Source: Mobula hypostoma (taxonomy: Eukaryota). Taken from it: 64,000 nucleotides of DNA. The DNA is taken from assembly GCF_963921235.1 (NCBI RefSeq), contig NC_086118.1, forward strand, positions 26,104,001-26,168,000, written 5' to 3'. Position numbers and translations under genes: made by a program. The notes below the pieces were generated by a model. It had not been told where the DNA came from, made no database searches, and worked only from the letters and a program-made list of their open reading frames with translations. Below, in pieces: positions 13,644 to 26,362 of this stretch; position 1 is the first letter of the stretch, and the number at the start of each line of letters is the position of its first letter.

Positions 13644-13906
13644 GGCCGGCTGGTGGCGCAATCAGCATCAGCGCTGGACTCTGGAGCGAAGGCTCCCAAG
13701 TTTGAATCCAAGTCGGGTCACCCCCCGCACACGCTTTCCATCCATGCCGGGTTGAACGTCGAGCTAGCCACTCGGCCTCGTGAAAAAAAAAGGGTCGAGT
13801 CAGGAACGTTTCATATCGTGACCTGTTTAATCTGAAAGGAGACCAATCCTGACACCACGCGCCAGACAAGTATGGCTGACTGTCTGGTGCGACACGCTAA
13901 ACAAAA
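13644..13906 (+). mobile_element. Full-length young tRNA-derived SINE with 10-bp TSD
   Basis: A-box TGGCGCAATCAG, B-box GTTTGAATCC, CpG-rich body, 3' stem-loop 13859-13890, A-rich tail; TSD acctcctgct at 13634-13643 and 13907-13916. Inserted in a minus-strand Rex-type remnant (~13370-14030). Confidence 0.9.
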
Positions 13907-15164
13907 ACCTCCTGCTGACTAGCACTGCAGGAAGAGGGCAAAAGTGCAAATGGTTGGGATCTTTTATGATTGATGTTGCTTCTTGGGACAGCACCTCCTA
14001 TAAAATTTACTAGTGGTGAGAGGGATGTTGTCATGCCTAATGTGGAATGTGGAAAAGGTGGAATTAGTGCTTGAGAAAAACATTAAACTTCTTTCATTTG
14101 CATATTTACAAGACCTATGCTAATTAAAATGGTCGCTCATTGAGTAAACACTTGTTTATTTAGACTTCCAAACCAGCACCGTTATCTCACTGCAGAACAT
14201 ATGATCCAATGAAGAACTATTATTCTTTGTTTACCTCCACTTCCCACTTAACACAAGCTTAAATCGTACTAAATTATCAAATTCTGCTAGTCTTATTTTC
14301 ATTTCTTCTCAGTTCTTACATAACATAAAGAACACAGAATAAGCATCATGAATGAAACGTATCTTTTTCATTTTCACTACAGTTTTGATTGACTGGACTA
14401 TTCACAATGAGGAACTGTGAAGTGAGAAGCCATTTTGCATTCATAATTACTTTGCACATGGGGATTTCTTGGCTTTGACAATGTTATCTGAAAAATGTGG
14501 GAAGAAGAGATTAGGTATTTCCCTCATATAAGGGAAAGGGAAACCAGTGTGTATCATCCTCAGTCAGATTCATGCTTCCTATAGTTACAGTTTTACTGTT
14601 GCTGAGTAATTCCCTCACTTTTTGCCTACAGAGCAGGTGAACAGATAACTGAATAACAATACATTTTCAAAAGTTCATGAGGTTAAGTTTCAAGTCCAGC
14701 CTTTTTAGATATGCTGAATGTATTATTTTAACCCAAATTTGTGAGTGTTATTAAATTTAAGCATTCATCAATCCACTACAAACTTGCCAATGTAAACATG
14801 GCTAAACTTTATTGAATTTTATGGAAGTTCAAAGTCATTAAATTTCATTCCTCCTGATGCCTTAAGGCATAACTAGAACCAACCTCCCAGCAGCAACGGA
14901 ACTGGGTGAAAAAAAAATTCACAATTTTCACCACAACCTATTCATAATCAAATTCAGCTCATTCACTATTAACTATGTACAGTACATTGTGATGAAATCC
15001 CAATGGTGTGTCTTAGTCAGATTCATCTACCTGGAGAACAGCTCTTCATATTATAATCCAATGTGATAAAGATCAAAATGCAATCTCTATATTGGCCTCA
15101 TTCCAAAAGAAGCAATGTTAGCAGCATCATTCAAAGCCTAGTTAATATGTTGAGAAGAAATAGA

Positions 15165-15940
15165 ACACTAGAATACTAAAATAGGAACAGGAGTCATCCA
15201 TTTTGTCCATCAGACCTGCACCTCCACTCATTATGAGTACAGGTGATATATCCCAGTCCTCATCTCTTCTTATGTGCCAGAGCCCCATAACCCCGAATCT
15301 CCTGATCTTTCAAAAATGTATTCACTTCTTTAAACATCTCCAGTGATCAAGCCTCCACAATCTTCTTGGGTGGAAAGTTCCAGTGATTCACCTGCCTCTG
15401 TCAGATGAAATTCCTATACACCTTAATTTCAAAGTACTGCCCCCTAATCTCGCAAGTACGTCTTCTCGCTTGACTGGAAGCTTCTCCGCAACAACCCTGT
15501 CAAGCTCTCCGAGGGTTTTGTTTCCTATTACAATAAGATCTCCATTCATTCTGCCAAGCTCCAAAACATGGATCCAACTTCTTCAATGGGTCATGATAGG
15601 ACATTCCTTTCATCCTAGGTATTTGCCTAGTGAATCTCAACCGACTGCCTTCAATTCTACCATATCTTTTCTTAAATAAGGAGTGCACCGTTTTCCAAGC
15701 ATGGTTTCACCAGTACCTTACACAATTGAAACAATACTTCCCAATTTCTGAACTCCAATCCCGTGACAATAAAGGCTAATCATGTGCCTTCCTAACTACT
15801 TGCAGCATTGATTGTTAACGTCTGTATTCCATGTACAAGAACTTCTTGGTCACTCTGTACTTCACTCATTTGTAATTTCTGTTTACACAATAGCCTACCT
15901 CGAGTCCTCTTTCTGAAGTGCATGATCTTATATCTTTCCA
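15165..15940 (-). mobile_element. Old CR1 LINE 3' fragment
   Basis: Degenerate CR1 3' UTR and 'RFTRQIPRMKGMSY' motif. Confidence 0.7.
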
Positions 15941-16392
15941 TATGAGGAACATCTGGCAGCTCTTGGGGTGTATTCCCTGGAGTTCAGGAGAATGAGGGGG
16001 GATCTCATAGAAACATTCCAAACATTAAAAGGCCTGAACAGATTAGATATGGCAAAGTTGTTTTCCATGGTAGGGGATTCTAGGACAAGAGGCCACAACT
16101 TCAGGATTGAAGGATGTCCATTTAGAACAGAGATGCGGAGAAATTACTTTAGTCAGAGGGTGGTAAATCTGTGGAATTTGTTGCCACGAGTGGCTGTGGA
16201 GGCCAAGTCATTGGGTGTATTTAAGGCAGAGATAGATAGGTTCTTGACTAGCCAGGGCATCAAATAGTATGGGGTGAAAGCAGGGGAGTGGGGATGACTG
16301 GAAGAATTGGATCAGCCCATGATTGAATGGCGAAAAGCAGACTCGATGGGCTGAATGGCCTACTTCTGCTCCTATGTCTTATGGTCTTATAG
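15941..16392 (+). mobile_element. CR1 LINE 3' end
   Basis: YSLEFRRMRGDLIETF...FSQRVVNLWNLLP; 3' tail 'cctatgtcttatggtcttat'. Confidence 0.9.
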
Positions 16393-16914
16393 TCTTAAAC
16401 CCTGCCATGTTTTCAGCTATTCATTCAATCTACCTGCATCCTGTTATTTGGAAATCGACTACTACCAAGCTTACTGAAGCTAGGCTTTCCTCATCTTTTG
16501 AAAAAGTACGTCAATATTTAAGTAACTGGCAGTCGAACTGTGATTTGTAAGAGCACTGACAACATTCAGTGGTGTTGTGAAACTGAGCATTTCAAAATAT
16601 TACCCTAGGACTCTTTGTCTGACATCATTTCCAATTGCTATGTAATCTCTATTAAAAACCTTATACTTTCATAAATGAGACTGTAAAATTTTTGCAAAAA
16701 GTGAAGGAAGATAGATTATTGATGATAAAATAAGTAAATGTACTATGCCAATTTCAGGTTATTGATAGCTTAAAATCTAATGAATTTAAAGATGATGGAC
16801 CAATTTGAGCTGATCTCAACACACCCCTGTGACTTGTATCTCCCAGCTCCCACCCATTCTTTCCTACTTGGGAGTCCATTTGTGAGGACTCAGCAATGAA
16901 GTGGCACCACTCAG

Positions 16915-17267
16915 AAAGGTGGCACCCATCATTAAGAACCTCTACCACACAGGACATGCCCTCTTCTCTTTGCCGCCATCAGGACGGAGGTACGGAGGCC
17001 TGAAGGCACACAGCTAACGATTCAGGAACAGCTTCTTCCCCTCTGCCATCCGATTTCCGAACGGAGATTGAACTTTTGAACACCACTTCACTACTTTTTT
17101 TTTAATTTCCTACTTCTTGCACTACTTAGTTAGTTTAACTATTATATATATTGTTTACTGTAATGTACTTTTTTTTCTCTCTATCATCATATTTTGCATT
17201 GTACTGCTGCTGCAAAGTTAACAAATTTCACGTCACATGCCAATGATATTAAACCTGATTCTGATTC
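16915..17267 (+). mobile_element. Rex1/Babar-type LINE 3' end
   Basis: 'ccatcaggacggaggtac..aacagcttcttccc'; tail aaacctgattctgattc shared with 44215-44830. Confidence 0.8.
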
Positions 17268-17719
17268 ATACTGAGCACGGCTGAGCAGCTAGTCAACAGC
17301 ATGACAAGTGCTACCTATCAAAGTGGGAAGGAGTTTCAACTGTGGTTGAAACTGAGAGTGAAGTCATGCAATCTCAGCTTTTATGGTAGTATTACCAATG
17401 TCCAACATATCCAACAGCCGATTATCACAATAGCTGAGGGAAAACCGCCAGTGATCTGGCAGTGATATCATAGACCACTTTTCTCAAGATTGCCTTCTCC
17501 GCTATTTCCCCATTTTTCCTGTTGGTACCATCTGCCAAACAACCAGCTCTGCTGCCGAACATGTCAGAAAGATGCCATGCGTCATTGACGATTCCAGGTC
17601 TGTAGACGCAGAAGGCCATCTTCCAAACCTGTCTGTAACCTCCTCCACTGAAAACCAGAGATCTTCCACCATGCCTTCCTCAGCCAGTGGGGTAACAGTG
17701 ATTAAGCCCCCAGCTTATG

Positions 17720-19396
17720 GCAAGGTCTGCACACCACCGCAGACTTCAAAGCTAAGTGCAGTGGTGCTGCCAACGTTGCTGCCTCTCTCCCAGATGAGCT
17801 AAATCTTTTTTTACGCTCGGTTCGATGTTGCCAACACTGAGCCCGCGAGAAGAGCCGTCGAAGCGACCCACACCTTGGTCATCTCCAAGGCTGAAATTCA
17901 CAGGTGCTTCCAACGAGTGGACATTCGCAAGGCTGCGGGACCAGGCAGCATCCCATGGCGGGTACTCAGGATGTGCGCAGCACAACTGGCAGGTGTGTTT
18001 ACAGACACTTTTAATCTCTCCTTCTCCCGGTGTAGAGTGCCCTCCTGCTTCAAAACATCCACCATTGTCCCCGTACCTAAAACTACCAAGGTAACATGCC
18101 TGAACGACTGGTGTCCTGAAGCACTCACCTCAATAATTAGTGAATGCTTTGAGAGGCTAGTGAAGGACTATATCTGCAGCATGCTACCACCCACACTGGG
18201 CCCCCTATAATTCGCCTACCGACACAACCGAATGACAGATGACACATTATCCGCAGCTCTACACACCATCCCTAAACATCTGGAGAAGAAGGATGCTTAA
18301 GTGAGAATGTTGTTCTTAGACTACAGTTCAGCATTCAACACCATAATTCCCTCCAGGCTTGACAAAAAGCTCAGAGACCTCAGCCTTCACCCTGCCTTTG
18401 TGTAGCTGGATCCTGGACTTCCTGTCAAATCACCGGCAGGAGGTAAGAGTAGGCTCCCTCACCTCTGCCCGTCTGATCCGCAACACAGGAGCCGCTTAGG
18501 GCTGTGTCCTAAGCCCCTTCCTTTACTATCTGTATACTAATGACAATTTAATCTGCTAATTAAATTTGCTGACAATACTATATTGATTGGCCTTATCTCA
18601 AATAATAACGAGGTAGCCTACAGAGAAGAAGTCATCACCCTGACATAGTGGTGTCAAGAAAACAACCTCTCCCTCAATGTCGCAAAAACAAAGGAGCTGA
18701 TTGTGATCTGCAGGAGACAGGCTAACCCCTACTGACATCAATGGATCTGGGGTTGAGATGGTGAACAGCTTTAAGTTCCTTGGCATACACATCATCAAAG
18801 ATCTCACCTGGTCTGTACATACCAGCTGTGTGGTGAAAAAAGCAGAACAGTGCCTCTTTCACCTCAGACGGTTGAAGAAGTTTGGCATGAGTTCCCAAAC
18901 CCTAAGGACTTTCTACAGGGGCACAGTTGAGAGCATTCTGATTGACTGCATCACTGCCTGGCATGGGAACTGTACTTCCCTCAATCGTAGGACTCAGCAG
19001 AGAGAGGTGTGGACAGCCCAGCACATCTGTAGATGTGAACTTCCCACTAATCAGGACATTTACAGAGACAGGTGTTTAAAAAGGGCCCAAAGGATCATTG
19101 GGGACCCGAGACACCCAACCACAAACTGTTCCTGCTGCTACCATCCAGGAAACGGTACCGCAGCATTAAAGCCGGGACCAACAGGCTCCGGGACAGCTTC
19201 TTCCATCAGGACAACAAGCTGATACAATTATATCAGTGTGAATTTATTTCTATGCTATATTGACTGTCCTGTTGTACATATGATTTATTACAAATTACTA
19301 TAAATTGCACATTGCACATTTAGACAGAGACATAACCTAAAGATTTTTACTCCTCATGTATGTGAAGGATGTAAGAAATAAAGACAATTCAATTCA
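17720..19396 (+). mobile_element. Rex1/Babar-type LINE, 5'-truncated RT with stops
   Basis: KAAGPGSIPWRVLRMCAAQLAGVFTDTFNLS..FKTSTIVPVPK, DYSSAFNTI, 'aaatttgctgac' (KFAD), FKFLGIHI; (AATTC)n tail. Confidence 0.92.
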
Positions 19397-20200
19397 AGTG
19401 GAATAGAACAAGCAAAAACACTAGGAAAGCAGACAAGAGCAGAATGCAAAAGGTGCATGCAAAAAAGAGGGCTTTGAATTATATCTTTGCTTGGAATATT
19501 CACGTTGTGATGGCTTTCATGTTTGAATTGTGGCCGAGAGGATACAGGGATGGTTAGTAGAAGAGGGAAGATAAGGAGAATGAGCTGCTGACCGAGAATC
19601 TGGGGTTGAAGGTTTGAGCTTGATTTTGTTCTTTATGAGCAGCATTGCCAGAAAGAAATGTCTGACATTGCAGACACCCTTTCTCTTCCATTGCCTCCTC
19701 CACCTCCTGTTCCTTAGTTTCCTCTCTGTTGTATCTTAACAAGGTTTGTTTCTTCACAGTAATAAATCTGTGGCACATGCAACCACCATTGCCAAAGGCA
19801 ACCTAATGGACTAGAAGAGGGTTTCCCTTGCGTGCTTTATCTAGAGCACATCATTCCGCAACTAATCAATATCAACAAATTTGTTGTGATATGATTGAAT
19901 TCACTGTAATTTGAGTACAGTTTTTCTGATAATAGCTCTTATTGCCCAGAAACCAGTCATCATGCATTGTCTAAAGTTCATCTGGAGCAGCATAACACCA
20001 CAGATTGACTTTTGCCTGGGTAAGAAGCATTCAACTGCATAAGGCCTATGGTCATTGAGTCAGTAGAATATCCTTCAGCACCAATACATGTCAGAAACAA
20101 CATGTAGCACACAGAAATTAATGTGTATTTAGTCAGTGGTTATCTCACACCATGGGGCAGTCACAAAACCCTCCATGATCACTCCATCTATTTTGCTCCA

Positions 20201-20473
20201 CCTGGTAGCATAGCAGTTAGTGTGACACTATTACACAACGGGTTGTTGGAGTTGGGAGTACAATTCTGACATCATCTGTAAGGAGCTTGTACGTTCCTCC
20301 CTGTGAATGCCTGGGTTTCCTCCGGGAGCTCCGTTCCATCCCGCATTCCAAAAACGTACCAGTTGTTAGGTTAATTGGTCATTGTAAATTGCCCTCTGGT
20401 TGGGCTGGGGTTAAATTGGTGTGTTTCGTGGTGGTGCGGTTCACTGAGCTGGAACAGCTTCTAAATAAATAAA
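20201..20473 (+). mobile_element. V-domain SINE
   Basis: tRNA-like head 'ggtagcatagcagttag', V core, AAAT tail. Confidence 0.8.
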
Positions 20474-21548
20474 GAAGTAAATAATACCAATCCCACACTA
20501 ATCGCATTTTTCCCCACATTTCCGTTAGCTCCTGCACACATAGATAAGTTAGGGTGACCAGTTAACATATAATCTCACACTTCTGTTCCAATGTATATTT
20601 GCTAAATAAATAAAGCTGAATCCCCACACAACCACAGAAAATAATGCTGCCATCACACAGATGCCTTTCTCCTGCTTCCTCCAGCAACTACTCCCATCCT
20701 ATATGACCACCCATTCATTCCCAATTCCAACTTGGATGCCTTGACTGCGAGCAAACTCTTTGAAGCCTTGAAGTCAGCAGAACCTACTTTGTTTGCAGCA
20801 CCACTGTAGGCATCCAAAAGAGCAGTCGACCACGAGAAGCACCAAGAGTTGCAGAATTGTCTCAGCAACAGGAAGAAATAAAACAGCAACAAGCCTGCAT
20901 GCCTTTGATAGTCCTTTTAAATAATGCTGATGGGAGGGTGTGTGGGTGCTTAATGTGGCTTAACAAGCTTTCAGTTGCTCAAACTTAAGTCATCAGCTGG
21001 GTCTTGAAGGTTTAAATGACGAGGTGGCATCAAATCAGTGTTGCTTGATTAGTATCATGATGTTTGTGCTCTGTATTCTTACAGTAGACGCAATGACAAA
21101 TGAGGCATTGCATCCTCAAAGCGCGCACACAGACCTCAGACATTATTTTGGATTTGCAATAGCATTCATGACGCTGAAAAACATGTTTTTCTCACCCAAT
21201 CAGCGATATACCTGCAACAATAGCCCAGATTTATTTCCCAAAATAACGATGAGCTTAATGGAATCTATTAATCCGTAATGTACTTGTGGTGAGGGGGATG
21301 AAAATATGCACGATCTGCTTGATACTCTTGCATTTTTATGATGTTATTTAAGGGAGAACCGACACTGACTTGTTGCTCAGTGACATTCCCATTGGATAAG
21401 CAAACACGGCCTCTGGCTCACTCTACTGTGGAACCAGTGTGCCATTGTCATCAGGTCACACAAACCAAACCTGGAAGAAACAGTTGGGAATAAAAGGGAG
21501 TCATGTGCAACCTTAGGAATCTCTGGCCCATGTTCCTATCTTCCTTGA

Positions 21549-22144
21549 ATTTTTTGGGGGGACTGCTTCGTCGAGCACCTCTGTTCCGTCCACCAAAACA
21601 GACAGGATCTCCCAGTAGCCACCCACATCAACTCAGCTTCCCACTCCCATTCAGATATGTCTATACATGGCCTTCTCTACTACCATGATGAGGCTAAACT
21701 CAGGTTGGAGGAGCAACACCTTATATACTGTCTAGGTAGTCTCCAGCCCCTTGGTATGAACATAGAATTCTCCAACTTCCAGTAACTCCCTCCCCCTCCC
21801 TTCCCTTATCCCAGTTTCACTCTGCCCCCTCCCCCGCTGCCTATTACCTCCCTCATGGTTCCACCTCCTTCTACTACCCATTGTGTTTTCCTCTATTCTT
21901 TCTTCACCTTTCCTGCCTATCCCCTCCCTGCCTCCCCTCCCCCACCCCTTTATCTTTCCCCTTACTGGTTTATCACCTGGAACCTACCAGCCTTCTCCTT
22001 CCCACTCTCCCCCCACCTTCTTTACAGGGCCTCTGCCCCTTCTCTCTACAGTCCTGATGAAGGGTTCCTGCCCGAAACGTCGACCGATCTTTTCCATGGA
22101 TGCTGCCCGAGCTGCAGAGTTCCTCCAGCGTGTTGTGAGTGTTG
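21549..22144 (+). mobile_element. Penelope-like element 3' fragment with hammerhead motif
   Basis: GIY-YIG C-terminal remnant (..KLRLEEQHLIYCLGSLQPLGMNIEFSNF), C-rich UTR, CTGATGA..GAAACGTC; degenerate TSD tat(c/t)ttcctt(g/c)a at 21537-21548 and 22145-22156. Confidence 0.85.
22049..22086 (+). ncRNA. Minimal type-I hammerhead ribozyme motif
   Basis: CAGTC-CTGATGA-A-GGG ttcctg CCC-GAAA-C-GTC^-GACCG: intact catalytic core, stem II, palindromic ACGT in place of stem III; predicted cleavage after 22081. Confidence 0.75.
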
Positions 22145-22699
22145 TATTTTCCTTCAGTGGCAGAGTCAAAAAAAGGCACAAATCTCTATGAAGTTGTGAC
22201 AGGCAAAAATAGAGAAGGGAAAACTAACTCCAACAGTGGCCTCTGGTTGGAACATGGTCTTGTCACACCAGTACCCCATTTTACCAATAGAAGACCTCAT
22301 GTCCAAGTATTGGCAATTACTAGATTACATTACTGACAGAGTGAGGGACCATGGAGATATCCCCATGACTGAGTCCTGGCTGGTGCCAACAAGTACTGGA
22401 CAATCCACTACTTAATCCAGTCAATTATTTCTACCAACACGATCACTAAACAAAAATGGCTATCAAATACTGCAGCAGCAAAATCAATGTGGAAAGACTC
22501 GAGAAGTCCTCAAAATACCTGTACATGGTCAGCACCTCATAAACAACTTGATGATTCCAATCCAACAGGAGCTGCAGGGCGCCTGCAGTCCCTGACTGAA
22601 AGTCTCATCATTCTATTAAAAACTGGGATGAGTTTACTGAGGGTTACCAAGAAATTCAGAGTGGTAATTAATGGCAAAATATAACATTCTTGGACAGAA

Positions 22700-23040
22700 C
22701 CTCAGGCACCTGAGAGCAAGGCCCAAAAACAAGAAGACATTTTTGCTATGTGGAAAGATTGGACAGGCTTTTTATAAAAAAGAAAAACAACATATACACA
22801 GAAAGCCCTGGAGAAGTTCCATCATTGCTGTATCTGTCAAATCCACCAAATTAATTGGTCAGATGAGTGAACTATCATCAGCATCCTCTCTGAAACCAAT
22901 ATCTCCACATGTGAGGGACTCATTCACCAAGAGAGACCAGGACATGTTGCCTGTCTGGAAACAAGTACTCTAAACAATTTGGCCAGAGGTTTCCAGGATG
23001 ACAGAGAAAATATTTCAAGGACATTCTCAAAGTGCCCTCA
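22700..23040 (+). mobile_element. Ancient RTE-clade LINE remnant
   Basis: Degenerate translation KALEKFHHCCICQIHQINWSDE*TIISILSETNI, similar to the RTE ORF C-terminal FHQRCLRKILQIHWQD motif. Confidence 0.55.
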
Positions 23041-24349
23041 ACAATTGTATTATTTTTACTTGGCCAAGTGTTTTAAAGGTAAGTTACGTCCAGCAAGTTT
23101 AAGTGAATTCTTTGGTGCAATGGCTGTAAGTACAAACATGAAAGTATTGCATGATTGTCTTATTCACAAACATTAACAAATAAATTGTGCCATGCCTGGA
23201 CCAATTTCACAGTCAATGCTCTGTGAATCAGAAAATTAATGATACACATGTTGCCAATGTATGCTTTGGGTGTAAGATTCCACTGTAAATTTCTGGTGTG
23301 CTTTAGGCCTCAGTTATTGGTTTTGCCCTGCATATACAGTTCATTTGAGGCCCCACCCACACTGAGTGTCACAGTTCGCTGTGAGGGGAAGGGTGCTAGC
23401 CTGGCTCATAATTTGCCACAGAGTGACGGGACCAAGATCAGAGTTAGGTGGCGAAGTGGGTTGGATTGGTTGGAGAGGTGGGAAAAGGGGCTAGGTTGTG
23501 GTTCCAAATGGTACCGAAAGCAGGATTTGCAGAAAACTTTAAACGTGACTTAGGTTCTCCTGGTGCGGTACTCTCAAGCCTTGCCTCTGCAAGAAATTCA
23601 CAATTAACTTTCTCTACTGCACGACGAGCTAACATTATCAAAGGGCTACCTTGGATTCTGTTGATATTAGCTCTAAACTGAGCTGTTGGATGTCACTGCA
23701 CTTTCCCCTCCGCAGGAGAAAATGTGCACTGGGGACCCTGAAGCAATCTGGTGACCTTTATGAACCACAATATAATTATCTCCAATCATATCTGGCAATT
23801 AAACTGTTGATAAGATTATTTTGCAAAGTGCAGAAAAATAAGATTGCTTTTTAAATATAACAGTGAAGGGATTAAGGCAATTAGGCAAATAGCAGGAGGC
23901 AAATAGTGGAGTGAATTAATACTTTTCTGACAAACTTTACCTGGCAAAGTTTCTTGTGGAATGGTAATAAAAGCATTTTTTTTCTCTCTGGACTTAATAC
24001 TTGATACAGGAAGCAGAAGATTAATCACACAAAGTAAGTAGCTTGTGGGCAGGATGCCAGCGGGCTTCAGAATAAACGCAGCTAAGATGAACAAACTTGC
24101 AGCAAATACAGTTTAATTCTGACCTGAGAACGATGGAAGAATAAAGAGGGACGGTTCTCCCTTTGACAGGCTGCTTAATTTAAATAGAACAGGAAAAGGT
24201 GGGCAGTTGGAGGATGGAGGAGAGGGGAAGATTTGCAAACACAGCGGTTTTTCAATATGCACATTCACAAATTTTAGAAGCTGGAGGAAATTGAGTAAGA
24301 ATGTCGACAGTAATTCCACAGTTCAAAAATGTGTGATTTATGTTTTTGT

Positions 24350-24900
24350 TTCGGATATGACATTATATAAGAAGTTGGTGAGGCCTAATTTGGAGTATTG
24401 TGTGCGGTTTTGGTCACCTACCTACAAGAAAGATGTAAATAAAGTTGAAAGAGTACAGGGAAAATTTACAAGGGTGTTGCTAGGTCTGGAGGAAAGATTG
24501 AATAGGTTAGGATTGGGAGGAGATCTGAGAGAGGTATACAAATTTATGAAGGGTATAGATAGGGTAAATGCAAGCAAGCTTTTTCCACTGAGTTTGGGTG
24601 GGACAACAAATAGAGGTGATGGGTTAAGGGTAAAAGGTGAAAAACTTAAGGGGAAACGTGATGGAAAACTTCTTCACTCAGAGGATTGTGAGAGTGTGGA
24701 ACAAACTGCCAGCACATATGGTGCACGGGAGCTCGATTTCAACTTTTAAGAGAAGTTAGGATAGGTACGTGGATGGTAGGAGTATGGAGGGCTATGGTCC
24801 CAGGGCAGGTTGATGGGAGTAGACAGTTTAAATGTTTCAGCATGGGGGTTTAGATGGGCCAAAGGTCTGTTTCAATGCTGTAGTTTTCTATGACTCTGTG
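24350..24900 (+). mobile_element. CR1 LINE 3' end
   Basis: LYKKLVRPNLEYCVRFWSPTYKKDV..ERVQGKFTR; CR1 3' UTR. Confidence 0.9.
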
Positions 24901-26049
24901 TGTTTCTGATGTGAAAGCCACTTTTTCTATAAAAGACATGACTCTGTCTGCACATCAGAATACACACATCAAGATACCCACAATGAATTTTACCCCGACT
25001 TCATTCCATAAAAAATTTCACTAAACAAAATTACTTTGTACTTTGAGCAAATATTGTGTATACTTGATTGTGTATACTGAATAATTGCTGAAAATACAAA
25101 GGAATTTTCTAAGTGGAGACAATTAATACAAACACCAAAGAGCAGCATTAAATCCCTGGCTGGACTGAAGCTGGGATTGTTCCCCTTTGCAAAGAGATTA
25201 AGGGAAATTTAGAACTGTATACAGAACTATGAAGGGCTTGAATAGAGCATTTTGGGAGAAATTACTTCCTTTTGCAAATGGATCTACAGATCACTGATTT
25301 ATAAGGAACTTGAGGGAAAATTTAGCAAATACAGAATGTGAATGAGATCAAAATAAATCACCACTTGAAAGTCTGGAGGAAGCAGTTTCCACAGGAACAG
25401 TCAAACAACATTTGGACATTTATCTGAAGAGACTTATTTGGCAGGATAATAAGGAAAACACTGAGTAATCCCAACTGTCCTGCTCTTCAAAAACAAAATC
25501 AGAACTTCTGATATAAAAACAAAAAATATTTTGAAATATCTAATTTTCTTGAATGATCTCATTTTTATTACGCACCCAAAAGAGATGTGGAAATATTTCA
25601 GGATATTGCATAGTTTGAAAATGATGAGCACCTATCAAATCAGCAAGTTTCAATATGAATATCTACAAAACCAATGCTGTGAATTCATTCCTCGCCTGAT
25701 TCTGTTGTGACAAGGACAGAGTCCCACTTTAAGCAGATTTTTGTTATAAAGGTCAGTGTCACACCAGGCCCTTATCATTTCCTGTTTAGACCAGCAGTGT
25801 ACCAGTGTAATACAGAGGAAAGTGCATATCTACAATCCGTTCAAAAATAGGATGATTTTACAGTTTCATCCATCAATTATCTCATTTTAATATTTTCTAT
25901 GCAGCAATTTCACAATTTATTAAATTCCCTTTGAGAACAAAGTTTCAGCCAGCTCATAATCTTAACTGAGGCATTGTAAATCCTATTGAAAAGCATGATT
26001 AAACAGTTAATATTCAGAAAGACGAACACACCAGAATCATTTAACAGGA

Positions 26050-26229
26050 GCAACACACATAAAGTGCTGAAGGAACTCAGCAAGTCAGGCAGCATCTGAT
26101 GAAGAGTATCGATCCAAATCATCAAATTTTTATTTCCTTCCATAAATGCTGCCTAACCTGTTGAGTTCTGCCAGCATCTTGTGTGTGTTGTTCAAGATTT
26201 CCAGCATCTGAAGAACCTCTTTGGTCTCA
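26050..26229. mobile_element. Decayed PLE inverted-terminus (hairpin) element
   Basis: Arms gcaacacacat..ggaactcagcaagtcaggcagcat and atgctgcctaacctgttgagttc..tgtgtgttg; remnant ctgatgaag; aacagga repeats at 26043-26049 and 26235-26241. Confidence 0.7.
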
Positions 26230-26268
26230 CATACAACAGGAATATATATTTAAAATGGAGAGGCTTAC

Positions 26269-26362
26269 CCTTCCAATTAGAAGAGGAACTTCTGTCGAGA
26301 CCATGCAAACATCTCTCCAGGGCGTGATGGATACGATCCTCTGTACAGGAGGTATGCTGCAT
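26269..26362 (-). CDS. PIK3R5: PIK3R5 (p101) first coding exon; exon spans 26269-26375 including 13 nt of 5'UTR
   Basis: The minus strand reads ctttag|gagctgatataaa ATG CAG CAT ACC TCC TGT ACA GAG GAT CGT... = MQHTSCTEDRIHHALERCLHGLDRSSSSNWK+G, then a gtaagc donor at 26268. It resembles the vertebrate p101 N-terminus (TCTEDRIQHALERCLHGL). The phase-1 end matches the next exon. Confidence 0.95.

Noticed and set aside
13644..13715. tRNA gene
   Set aside because: tRNA-like head continues into a SINE body with A-tail and TSD; no convincing cloverleaf.
15165..16392. Twin-priming inversion of one CR1
   Set aside because: The two halves differ strongly in decay and subfamily, and both include 3' ends; independent insertions are more likely.
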